Shown here: in pieces, positions 13,171-24,476 of the stretch
Position numbering within the stretch: the first letter of the stretch is position 1
Layout of the letters: every line of letters starts with the position of its first letter
Assembly (NCBI GenBank): GCA_973895155.1
Contig: OZ316894.1
Location: 3,248,944-3,312,943 of the forward strand
Direction: 5' to 3'
DNA: 64,000 nucleotides
Origin: Marsupella aquatica
Taxonomy: Eukaryota > Plantae > Marchantiophyta
Program-made: the position numbers and the translations under genes
The notes under the pieces: model-generated
The model's input: only the letters and a program-made list of their open reading frames with translations
What the model was told of the DNA's origin: nothing
The model's database searches: none

Positions 13171-13362
13171 GGAATAAATGGACGTGACTCAAATGCATAT
13201 ATTACTTAGGGATTGCAATTTGGATTGTGTCAAGGGACTATATACAGTTGTATCCAAAATTATATCCAACCAATGAATCTTTGGGCATGTGTGAAATGAC
13301 ATGACAAAATGTATATGATATCCATGAAGATAAAACATATAGGGGTTTTACCTAGGTCGCAT

Positions 13363-16300
13363 CTATTGTAATGAGGGGTCCAAATCCTCTACTACAACTA
13401 CACTTGGCTTGTCTTGAACAATGGATCGTGAGCGAGGGATGTAAGGCATAACAATGGACCACTCTGGGTCATTCGGATAAGGAAGATAGAAAGATTGCTC
13501 CAAATGATGGGGAAATGCAAATGGATCTGAGGTCCTCCAATTGGAACTAATGACACTAGTTGCACTGGTCTTCAATCGTGTGAACCCACATGCATCTTCT
13601 TCACAGGTCCGATTATGGCCAACAAGATTCATCCGAAACCATTTGCACTTGAACACCACCTCCTCCAAGGTTGTATGGGCATGATAATTTACGATAAGAA
13701 TCTCCTCTATCTTCCCATAGTGGGCCACAGTTGAACGTATTGGATTCCGGTCAGAAGTGTTACTTTGTGACTCTTGGGTGAACCACCCCATCACCCCACA
13801 ATCTTGTGTTGCTGCTCTCTTCATATCAAGATGTTGGATTCGAAAATGCCTTCCCTTTGACCACATGGCTGTTCGAGTCGTGACCATGAGTAATGGACCA
13901 TGAACAAGGGTGCGAATGTCATTGGTGACCTTTGGAAAGTGCAAAACACTCTCACCCTGACCCAACAAGGCATCAATCTCTGTCAACTTCTCCTTCATAT
14001 ATGGGAGAAACTTGGGGAAGAGGCGTGGCCGACGACTATTACTCTTCTCCTCCTCATAAAATGCAGTCCACTCCCCTGCAATCTCTGGTGAGTTATACAA
14101 CATGAATGTGGTGAGTTGTAGACGTTCAGCAGAGCCTAGTAGTCGTTCTCCCTTTGCTCCAGTGAGTCTATCCTCTTCATAATCTGCCTCTCGTGCTGAC
14201 TCATCTATCCAACCCCTTGGAGCATTTGGATCAAGTGTAGCCACAATGTTCGTACAATAGAACATACTCTCTGCTCCAAGGTGACGTTCGGCAATGCTAC
14301 CTTCCACCCTAGCACGGTTTGATACATATGACTTCATGACTCCCATGAATCGCTCTACCCAATACATCCAACGACAATGTACTGGGCCTGCAATGGCTAC
14401 TTCACGCACTAGATGTACAAGAAAATGAACTTGACCATCAAAGAAGGAAGGAGGGAGTGCTCGCTCCAACTTGCACACAACCTCCACTCCAAATACCTCC
14501 ATGGCAGCAATCTCTCCCTCGTTGACCTCCTTTTGACAAACCCATCTCAACAATCTACCCAATGACCAAAGTGCATCCCGAAGATCCTCGCTGCCCAATC
14601 CAATAATAGCAACTGGAATAACGTGCTGCAATAGACGATGATAATCATGGGTCTTCAAGAAAGCTGGCCATTTTGGAGAGTCATCTCCACCAAATGCCTT
14701 GTGAAGATTGGCACCATACCCTGTAGGAAACTGCATTGACCCTATCCGCTTGCGAAACTCTATTCGCTCACTCCTTGTGAAAACCCATGGGGGATGGATA
14801 GTAAGGGGAGGGTCAGGGTCCATAGATGGCCAAAAACCATGAAGGCCATGCATCCCCATCTCCTCACAACTCTCCCTCCAATTGTTGTTTTTCTCTCCAT
14901 ATAGATGGCGGATCAATGACCTCCCAACATTCCCCTCAATATGCATAGGGTCCAATAGATGATTTATCGACATGTGTTCCCAATATGGAAGTTGTGCCAA
15001 TGCAGACAAACGGGTCATGCCACATCTAGCCAAGGGTAATGGGTCATCTGGATCAGTCACCCTCTCCCATACCTCCTTCCAATATATTGGGTCCTTTGGT
15101 AAAGGCTGAGGTCTTGTGTCTGGCTGGCCCTCATCCGTGTCATACAAAAATGGATCATACCTCCAGTCATGCCCCTCAGGAAGATACTTTGTGTGACCAA
15201 TGTAAACTATCTTCCGCAGGGTGGTAGACTTTGGGCGCGCCACTCCCTCCAAGTCTGGTCCACAAGTTGGGCAAGCACGATATCCAGAAGTTTGCAAGCC
15301 AGAAATATATCCAAACCCTTCACAAACAATGGTCACAAATTAAAACCCATTAAGTTTTGAAACCAAACCAAAGGGAAAAAAATAAACAGAACGATATATA
15401 TATATGGGTAGCTGCACAAGCCATACTTAATTTATAAAGAGTTAGTCGGGTACCTGGAAGATCATGCATGGTCCACATAAGAATGGCTTTGAGCTGAAAC
15501 TCACGGGGTAAGCCCCCTGTATGCACTCGACCATCATAGCAATCCACTCCCCCCCAAAGTTTCTGTAGCTCCTCAATCAACGGTTGCAAGTATACATCAA
15601 TCTTCTTCACTTGCTTAGGGCCAGGAATAATCATAGATAGGAGCAAATGACCCTTCTTCATGGCCATCCATGGTGGGATGTTGTAGTTAGTGAGGACTAC
15701 TGGCCATACAGAGTATGGTTTGGCCTTGCCGGCCAGTGCAAATGGGCTAATGCCGTCTGATGCCAAACCAAGGCGAACATGACGAGGGTCAGTCTTGAAC
15801 TCACCCCAACGCTCTTCCACAAATCTGTTTGCAGGAGAGTCAACCATCATGCGCATGGTTGGATCCTGAGTAGTGTCTGAACGGTGTCGGGAATGCCATA
15901 CCATATACTTAGCCAACTCTACGCATCAAAACTGGTGACGCAAACGAGGAATAAGGGGAAAGTACCTCATAACCTTTTGAGGTACTCTTCCTGTCAACAT
16001 ATCCTCACGATATCTTGGCGCGTTGCACACAGGACATGTAAGAGCATTTGAGTGCTCCTTCCTGAACAAAACACAATCATTCACACAAGCATGTATGACC
16101 TCATACTTGAGGCCTATGGACTTCAACACTTTCTTCGCCTCTTTCCATGATGCTGGCAAGTTATTCCCCTTTGGTAACATACGATCATGCAATGTCCTGA
16201 AAATATCATCAAGAAGCAAGTTGCTTGCTCCATGTCTTTGTTGCAAGTTCAGTAATAACATGATTGCTGAAAGACGAGATAATCTAGACCCCTCAAAAAG

Positions 16301-18115
16301 ACGAGTCCGTGCATGCTCTTGAGCCTCCTCCCACTGGTGCAAGTGTGGATTCCGTGAAGGAGTATGCCTATGAGGAGGAGGTAAGTCAATGTCCTCCCAG
16401 TCACCTGGGTCATGATCACCCCGGGGATCACCCTCATCTGCATCCATGAATTGGTGCATCAACTCATCCATAGCCCGGTCCTCATCCACTCTTTCTTGGG
16501 TAGCATTAGGTAGTTCATGTGGAATGTCCATATCCTCAAAAGGTTGACCCCCTTGCCTACCATCCATGGCCTGAAGGAGATGTTGTCGCACAGCTCGTGA
16601 TAATACCTCAATATCTGGCTGAACAAATGCATTCTATCATACACAAAAGAAAACAATGAGAATGATATAAGTCCAGGTCTCTCAACCAACAATTGAGACA
16701 TCCATATATGAATGAGTCAAAAGACTCCATAGCTCTTGAAACCAATTAGAGAATGACTCAAGTAATATTTTTATAAAAGTGAACATATACACATGTTTGT
16801 ATGTGCTATGAAGGACGACACCGTATGGCCATCTTAGGCGCGTTCCAATCATAGTCACAAAAGAGTTCCTCACCAGCCCTAATAGTCCTAATGGCTACAG
16901 TCATAACATGGTCATCCATATGCTTCACATAGTAAGGTGGTGGCGGTGCCCCAAAAATCTGAACCCACTCTACATTTGGTTGAAGTCCTCGTCCTCTCCC
17001 TTTGGTACTATTGATATACCCAGCGATGTTATCACATCGCATAGGATCACCATCAATCATCCTACAATGCCAAGGCCTCTTGAGGACCTCATCCGGATCG
17101 GAATCCATTTGCAATGCATACACTCCCCATGATGGTTGTTGCCGTAAAATAATGTTCCAATTCTTGGCAGTGTATATAGGGCCAATATAAGGAAATAAGT
17201 GTTCCCCATCATAACCTCTTCGCCATGGCTTTGGATGGACCACAATGTCCTCCAAAGCAAATAACCCAAATCCTACATCAACACCAAGGGAAGATGACTG
17301 CACTATCCAATGACGGCCCCATATCTCTATAGGGGCATTAGTGGGTATGCCTTGAGGGATTTTGAATATCTCAGACGAGAAGTCCTTCACAAGAGGCAAC
17401 GCCTTTCCAGTGAGATATGACAATCCCAACCTACCCTCCACTACCACATAACCCTCACCTGGCTTCATCATAGGCGGACCTACCAAGTTTGGGTCTTGAG
17501 ACTCACGAGTGCCCAATGGTTCGTAATGTCTCCTATGCCTATGGGAGCGTGGGCCGGTGCGTAAAACCCTAGATGGAGGTACCTCCAGGTCACCTTGCTC
17601 AATGTCCTCCACCCTTGCTACAGGTACACTCCCGCCCTCACCATTGGGGCATGGGGCAGGAGGAGGGGGTGTAGATGTTGATGCAAGCATCCGTCTTGCA
17701 CTAGCCAAGAATGTGTCTAGCCATAGCTCTTTAGAGATCAATGGAGGAGGGGGCCTACGGGGCACCTATTCATTCAAAAAAAATCCAAAATTAATAAATA
17801 TATGATGATAGTGGCCATGATTGTAAGTGGAAAATTATGTTTCCTTCAAAATGTGTGGGATGAGAGTATGGGGTGCATACCTGGTGAGTTGAATGTCCTG
17901 GTAAATCAGGTTGGTGTTGCCCATAATTCTCAATATGCTCAATACACTCCCAAGCTTGACGAACCACCATTCCCTTACATCGCACACACCAACATGGAAT
18001 GGGGCCTAGAGGAGGAGGATGATGCAGCCTCGGAGGGGGGGGGGGGAGGAATGTCCCCCTCAGAAGATGACGAGTCCGAGTCAGAATCTGACTCGGAACT
18101 CCCAAAATTTGACAT
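13363..18115 (-). pseudogene. CACTA TnpD-type transposase; predicted exons 18115-17881, 16618-15454, 15317-13363 (about 1,117 codons); one in-frame TGA and one homopolymer frameshift
   Basis: Exon 1 PIPCWCVRC...CIEHIENYG resembles the transposase-associated domain. Core motifs: IHACVNDC..CPVC, RLGLASDG..YSVWPV..YNIPPW, HDLPG|FGYISG, ACPTC, DPMHIE, LPPSFFD..HFLVHL..GPVHCRWMYWVERFM, YGKIEEI..FKCKW. GT-AG junctions are in matching phase. TGA at 15926-15928; G12 run at 18035-18046. Confidence 0.92.
16806..17765 (-). CDS. SET-domain protein (putative lysine methyltransferase) exon inside the CACTA transposase intron; 319 open codons
   Basis: Four SET signature motifs in order: VGFGLFALEDI (GxG), PYIGPI (YxG), IDG..NIAGYINS..PNVEW, AIRTIRAGEELFCDY. 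Preceded by a T-rich tract and AG acceptor (17767-17766); TAG at 16806-16808. Confidence 0.88.
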   Translation of the reverse strand: MPRRPPPPLISKELWLDTFLASARRMLASTSTPPPPAPCPNGEGGSVPVARVEDIEQGDLEVPPSRVLRTGPRSHRHRRHYEPLGTRESQDPNLVGPPMMKPGEGYVVVEGRLGLSYLTGKALPLVKDFSSEIFKIPQGIPTNAPIEIWGRHWIVQSSSLGVDVGFGLFALEDIVVHPKPWRRGYDGEHLFPYIGPIYTAKNWNIILRQQPSWGVYALQMDSDPDEVLKRPWHCRMIDGDPMRCDNIAGYINSTKGRGRGLQPNVEWVQIFGAPPPPYYVKHMDDHVMTVAIRTIRAGEELFCDYDWNAPKMAIRCRPS

Positions 18116-19172
18116 CTGCCCATCAATGTGAAAATTAATCACATGTCAAAAATCTTTCCCACTCATATTAAGTACCCTAAATACAATATGTCAAGATTGG
18201 AACCTAGTTTACACTAAGCGAATAATTAAAAATAATGACTGTGCATCTTACCTAAATGATATCCGCACTGAACAATGCCTACTAGGATCTTGGCCTTAGA
18301 ATATATGCTAAGACAATATCCGAAATGTCTGCACAATTAAAGGAATACCATCAGAATTTATCTATACATATGTCCCCATAGAATCATATCCACTATATAT
18401 TGTGGCCATCAATGAAAAAAGTTTAGCCAAATATATACTTAAAGTGCTCACCTCCAAATGATAAAGGGAGTATATCATACCTTTCGGATGCACGGCCTAT
18501 CGCGATGCATAATGCATTGCAAAAATGGACCTACAAAAATACAAACAAAGAGAACGACCCAACCCTCCGCAAAAAAATACTGCACAATACACGCACATCA
18601 GGTTAACTTTGTTTGGCCCCCAAAATTAAATTCACATACAAGGTGGACAAATTTGTCAAAACTTTTAATGTGAGTGGGTCAATGATCATACCGTTCAACC
18701 CCAAAAGTATGTTGTCGTAAGGGGGACGTTACCGCACCTATAACCGGCTTTTATTCAAGAACCCCACCGCCCAAACAAAATCCGGCTACTCAACCAGGCC
18801 TACAATTACAATGCAAGTTTTCACATCAACTAAACTTACATTTCCTTACCACGTCCCCAGCACCCCCCCCCCCATTGACTAACTTATTATAAATCCATCC
18901 TTAAAGGCATAAAAAATAATGGACAAGCTAAGTCCGATCATATTGGAAGAGGAGTCCGATACTTTAAGCATCGCTATTTCCGATCCCATTTTCGATAGTT
19001 CAAGTATCGGATGTTCCGATTCTTAAAAAGTCGGATGGAGGGCACAATAGGGTTTGGTACTTTTCCCGACTAAAGTACGAATGTCTTTGTATCGGGCTTG
19101 GTTTTGGATGCAACTTGGGAGGAGCTGCCGAGTGAACACAAAGTGGAGGAGCATGCATTGGAGGTCGAGGCT

Positions 19173-21964
19173 ATGGAGGGGAATGGCACGGCTGGGGGGG
19201 AGGAGACGGAGCAGCCAGGGTGGGTGGAGATGGAGCAAGGCCGTCACAGCAGATCTCGGACATTATGGCAGAGATTTTCAAGAGGCAAGCAGGCCTGTCT
19301 GCTGAAGCTGCGGCCATAGCAGCTCAATTGACCCAGGGCCTGATTGACGAATCCAGGCAATCTGCCATAAGTGAAGCAGAGAAGGCTTTCATGGAGAGGC
19401 TAGAGAAAGGAAAGGAGAAAAAAAGAAAGAGGAAGGAGGAGAGGAAAGGCAGGCCAGTGGAGGCCCTCTCACCACAAGAAAGAGAGAAGAGGCTTAGAAA
19501 GGAGGCTCGAGCTGCAGAAAGGGCAAGGATTGAGGAAGAGAGGCTACGAGCAGAGGAAAGGGCCAAACGACCAAAATTGTTCATTAATAAGGGAGGAGCT
19601 CCGATGACAAAGAGCTACAATTTGTTCAGAAGTCAGCTAGGGCAGGTGTTGAGGGCAAATTTCAGCCCCTTAGACTACTGGGGGAAGAAGAAAGAAGAGG
19701 AGAAATTTCAAACAAGGGAGCAAGTGAAGGAGCGATTCTGTAATGGCTGCTTCCTGGATGATCGATGGCTGAATAAGAAGATCTCACGTTCACTTGCAGA
19801 TAGACGTAATAATGTGAGAGAAAAGATGAGGAAGTACCTGGCAGATTGTAAGGAGGAGGCAGAGGTGATCAGGCAGAGAGATCCCCCGGATGAGATACCA
19901 GCTGATGCCTGGTCTGCTTGGATTGATGCTGAGCTACAGGTTCGTGCTTGGCAAGCGAGACGTCACTGGCAGGCTGAGCTCGATGAGGCAGAGAAGAGGG
20001 TCCTTTCAGGACAGACTGTTGACATCCCCCTCCTACAGCAAAACTTAATGGAATGGGAGGCCAAATTAGCACTGCTTGGAGACCCTCCACTTTACATTCA
20101 AAATACAATTGAGAGGGTGGAGAAGAGACCTGCAGTTACTCACCGAATGGGGCAGGGTGGAGCGCATCGTCTCAAAGCAGAGTTTGTAAGTCCTCTGCTC
20201 CCCTCCTCCTTGCTCGCCTCCTTGCTGAATTTTCACCTTGAAATTGGGTCCTCCCTCTCCCTGATCACCTCAGGCACAACCTTGGCTATGCCTGCATAAG
20301 TCCTCCCAGACCTCCCCTCTTATCCCTGTGCGTTTGTTATCGAGCCTGTATCGCAAGTTTTGATGTGTCCTTATTTTTTTCTGTTTCCGATTCTATTCCG
20401 ATTGCTGAAGAGTCGGAAATGGAGTGGGACTCTCTCTTATGGGTTTTGGACGCAAGGCTTCCGATTATGGTCCGATTACCTGAGAATCGGACCCTGCATC
20501 GGACCTTAGGTTTCGGGGTTTAGGGTGGAGGGGTCCGATTAGGGAAGCATCGGAAAAATTCAAAATTTTGAATATTTGACTGTTTTAGGCCACGCCGGGG
20601 GGTTTTTTTTTTTAAGGAGTGTCGGGCTTAGGTTGTAGTTGCTTTTTGCGATAGTTAGGCCACAATAATAAGGGAGTATTTTATATAGGTAGAGTGGGTA
20701 GTGATACCCATGAGTTGAAAGGGATGTGGGGGTGTTAGGGAATTTTTCTATGTGTGGGGCTAGGTAGGGATTATTATTCATTAAGTAATGTGGGGGATTT
20801 GGTAGGGATTAACTTTTAAAATAATGTATTTCAAGTAATGGGGGGTTTCAATTTTATTCTCATTTGCCGGGGAGGGGGGTTAATTATTATCTTGAGTATG
20901 GTGCAGGAGCGAGAGCATGGACGCCCAATCTTGCCACCTGAGAGAGAGTTGGCTAAGAAATTTGGAACGCGGGCTCTGAAACTTCACATGCAGGACGAGT
21001 TGGGGTTGGTAAGTATATGCACAATTGAAAACCATATTTCTAACCTTTGAATGCAACATGGTTATAATCACTCCCTTGTAGGTCATTTGCAACACTAACA
21101 CTTGGGTTCATGGTTGCTTACATGTATGTAGGAGTCAAATGAGGAGTCGGAGGGTTTGGACTCAGACGAGGAGGGTTCGGGGGCCTCAGATTCAGAGTCT
21201 GAGGCTGAGGCTGAGGAGGGGAGTGTGGCACCCACCCCTGTTCGCTTGATTGGCGGCACATCCCGAGGGACTCGAGGTAGTCATTCCAGACGGAGGACTG
21301 ATGGTGATGTAGGTGGCCGTAGAGCAGCAGGAGGTAGTGGGGGTGCTACAGCTGCTGGAGGTGGTGTTGGGACAAGTGGTAGTGGGCGCCGGGGCGGTTT
21401 TCATCGATCTGCAGGTGCTGGTGGGCGGGGTAGTACTGGGGCCCATAGTGGTTCTCACAGGCCCGGGTCTGGTGGGGGGGGGTTGGTAGTGGGCCCCATG
21501 GTGGTTCTCGCCGCCATTCAGGGGTTGTTGGCGGGAATGGTTCTCGCCATTCAGGGGCTAGTGGTGGAGGGGCTAGTGGGGGTGGGAGCACTGCTCGTGG
21601 TCATTCAGGGGCCAACAGGGTGAGTGGGACTGCAGTTGGTGGCATTGGTGATGGGACTCCATCTCACCAGTCAGGGGCTAGTGGAGGTGCAAGGTCTCAC
21701 CACTCTGCAGCCCAAGGGGGTAGTGGAAGTGCATCATTTCATACTTGCTCCGATGCTGGGGGTGTTACAGTGCCTTCTCATGACTTAGAAGGTGATGTTG
21801 GTGACGTTGGTACCGCGATAGCTCCAAGCACCACAGCTGCAACTGCATCTCATGCTGTCATTGATAGGGTCCTAGGGTTAGTGCCAGATGCCACTACCCG
21901 ACCAGAGAGTTATCGCCCTCGTGCCAAGAAGAGGAAGGGACGACATGCACCAACATATGGATAG
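19173..21964 (+). CDS. TnpA-like (Ptta/En/Spm ORF2) protein with Gly/Ser/His-rich tail; predicted exons about 19173-20185, 20907-21008, 21132-21964; two G-run frameshifts as assembled
   Basis: Basic coiled region; TnpA-like block FRSQLGQVLR..W..K..VKERF..PPDEIPADAW; THRMGQGG..EF|EREHGRP formed across a GT-AG intron; phase-0 junctions; C-terminal RPRAKKRKGR (NLS-like); frame breaks at G7 19194-19200 and G9 21474-21482. Confidence 0.75.
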
Positions 21965-22223
21965 GCCAGGTAGCTTAGCATAGGACCATTTGTAGGTAGG
22001 CCGCGATACCATGCAGGTTGAGATGGATTATACACCTGTACATGTAAAGGTTGTACTTTCCATGTTAGAGGAGGCCATCCTCTTTTGTATATATAATGGC
22101 AGGGGTTTTCCCCCTTTTGAGTCTCACTACCATTCTTGCTACCCATGCTCACTTCCATGCATCCCAACATTGTAACCCCCACACCCCCAAAATTAATAAT
22201 CTGAAATTTTACCCCTTCAATTA

Positions 22224-22723
22224 TCCGATACTCCTCTGATCTTAAAAATATCGGAATGTCCGATTCTCCCAAACTCGGAATTTGCCATCCCTAGAGAATC
22301 GATCTTTCCGATACCCTCGGTTACGGTCTTTCCGATACTTCTAGTAACGGTATTTCCGATCTTTATAACGACGGTATGTTCGATACTTTTATTTACGGTC
22401 TTTGCGTAACCTTTTGATACGCAATATGCGATATTCAGAGTTACCCAAAGTCCGATTCTTTACGTATCGGAAGTGTATCGGAAGTGTATCGGAAGTGTAT
22501 CGGCTCCCCTCTTCCATTTCCGATTTGCAGAACATCGGACGGCTACTTTTCCGTTATTCTTGGGTACGCAAAGTGCGTTAAGTTTTGTATCGCAAAGTCC
22601 GATTATCTTCCGATTGTCGTTATCCGATGGGTTGAGAGTCGGAATTTGCGATACGTTTAGAGTCGGATGAGATGTTTTTCTTGGCAAAATTTTACAAAGG
22701 GATCCGAAGGTGTCCATATCGGA
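22224..22723. repeat. Right subterminal repeats of CACTA (TCCGAT/ATCGGA), including an 11-bp tandem (GTATCGGAAGT) x3.6 at 22464-22503
   Basis: Seen directly in the sequence. Confidence 0.88.
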
Positions 22724-23121
22724 AATTGACCTCATAATGTACTAGTGTGAATGGTTCTTCTTCATCAATCATCATTTTTCTGTTCCTTGCGTGTGTGGTT
22801 CCTCCATTCCCTTTTGAGTTTGAGATTTCACTAACATAACATCCCAGGAATGTTGTAAAAGATGAAGAAAATAAACACCTGAACTTTTTGCAGTGGTTTC
22901 CCAATGCTTGGGCCATCCAATTGGTTTGGGAAGAACAGAAACATCGAGTGCGAGCTACAAAACATTGAGACTGCACAATCTGACTTGCCTTGTAATTTAA
23001 AAAAATTTAAAAACCAAAAGTCACCATTCAAACTAACTCATTGTAATTGAGTTGCAAAGTACAAACTCAGTTCCTCATTCAGAGTAACTAACCAGTTTGT
23101 CAAATTGAAGAATTGTTAGGA

Positions 23122-23275
23122 GAGATATATTAATGGACCCCCAAAATGAAAAGTGCTACTTGATGGACCCCATGAATGTACATATCCTTAATAGACTTTA
23201 AACCAACCTACCTAAAGCCTCATGTGTTCATCAAGTAACAATTTCCAATTTAGGGGTCTATCATGTATATATCTC
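23122..23275. mobile_element. MITE, same family as 27262-27428
   Basis: Long imperfect TIRs gagatatat..tggacccccaaaatg / atttaggggtcta..tatatctc; TSD decayed. Confidence 0.7.
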
Positions 23276-23858
23276 GAGCTGTTCAAGACCCCCAAAAGTA
23301 CAAAGTATTCTCCCCCCTTAAGTCATAGTAAGTAACTGCTTCAGGACAAGACTGTTAAATCTCTGTACAACACTACAGTAGTCCTTCAGGTTTTCAAGAT
23401 TGCCATTCAAAAAGTGTCATAGAAGATCCTGCTTTAAGCAGATCATGACCTCTGTTAGTCATAGTTTTTTTTATGTGAATTGGACTCGTGCAGTGAGTAT
23501 GTAAGCTACTGTAGTGAGATCATGAGGTGGTTCCAAAAGTTGTTCCAAGAAGTTGGCCACAAGGATTTTGAGAAAGGTCGCTACTGTTGGCCTTGGACAG
23601 GCTGAAAGGCGACACAACTCCCATAGAGGTGTCAGGGTCCGTGTACCCCCACCACTACTGCACAGTGGCCTAGATTGATCTGCTTTGTTTGTGGATCATT
23701 ACCGCATTGAATGCAACTGTCTGGTATGCAGCTTTTGGACTTCTAGGAACCACCCACCCTCAAGCTGAGCACATTCCTTTGACCCATGTCTAGCGTAAAA
23801 GCAAAACATGGAAGCTTACAAGTTACAAGTTTTGAACTGGTAGATGAACTCATGGCAT

Positions 23859-24476
23859 ATAGCATTATAGCATACTCATCCTGGAACATGAAAATTTATT
23901 TTGTCCTCATGAAAAGTTATTTTGTCCTCTAGCAAAAAGTTTAAGTTTTTTAGTGAAATACAGATGATCTATTTTTTTGTGGCAAATATAAACAGTACAT
24001 TAATTAGGAAGAGTGACATTGAAAAGTTGTGCACATAAAGTATAAGAATAAAAGTACACATGTAAAGAAAAATAATAAAGAACAAGAAAAATTTAAGTCT
24101 AAGGTATTGGGTTCTGCACATACTATACACCAGTAAAGATACTTATGTACTTATCTTAGGTAATGACACTCAAATGAATTAAAACCATAAATTTAGGACA
24201 CAAAACCATGAGTAGAACTAAAAGACATGAGGAGTGCACCTTCATTAGATCATTTCTTCTTCACTAAGGGCTAGAACTTCCGTGAGCTTTGTTTAAAGGG
24301 TGGATGATCAAAAGTATATCAAAGATTGAAAAATTTAGAGGGGTGCCAGATTAAATTCAAAATCTAAAGTATACAAGGGATGCACCTTGGTAAGACACAT
24401 TGAATCAAAATACACAAGAAAAGAAATTTGAATAAGACAAAATACTAGAAGATGGATTCACCATATAGCAGTCTCA
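23859..24476 (-). mobile_element. AT-rich non-coding insertion flanked by a perfect 36-bp direct repeat; homolog at 52821-53563
   Basis: ttacaagttttgaactggtagatgaactcatggcat at 23823-23858 and 24477-24512; internal blocks shared with 52821-53563. Strand is inferred. Confidence 0.75.

Larger units (their letters stand above)
12667..22747. mobile_element. Full-length CACTA (En/Spm) DNA transposon, 10,081 bp, carrying TnpD-like, SET-domain and TnpA-like coding regions
   Basis: Perfect 12-bp TIRs CACTAGTACATT / AATGTACTAGTG; 3-bp TSD TGA at 12664-12666 and 22748-22750; subterminal TCCGAT/ATCGGA repeats; En/Spm transposase inside. Confidence 0.98.

Noticed and set aside
16806-16830. SET exon spliced onward into the transposase to give a single SET-transposase fusion (SETMAR-like)
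   Set aside because: The SET frame ends in TAG and I see no strong donor before it (only a weak CG|GTGTCG, out of phase with the 16618 acceptor). Alternative terminal exons fit better, but RNA data are needed to exclude a fusion.
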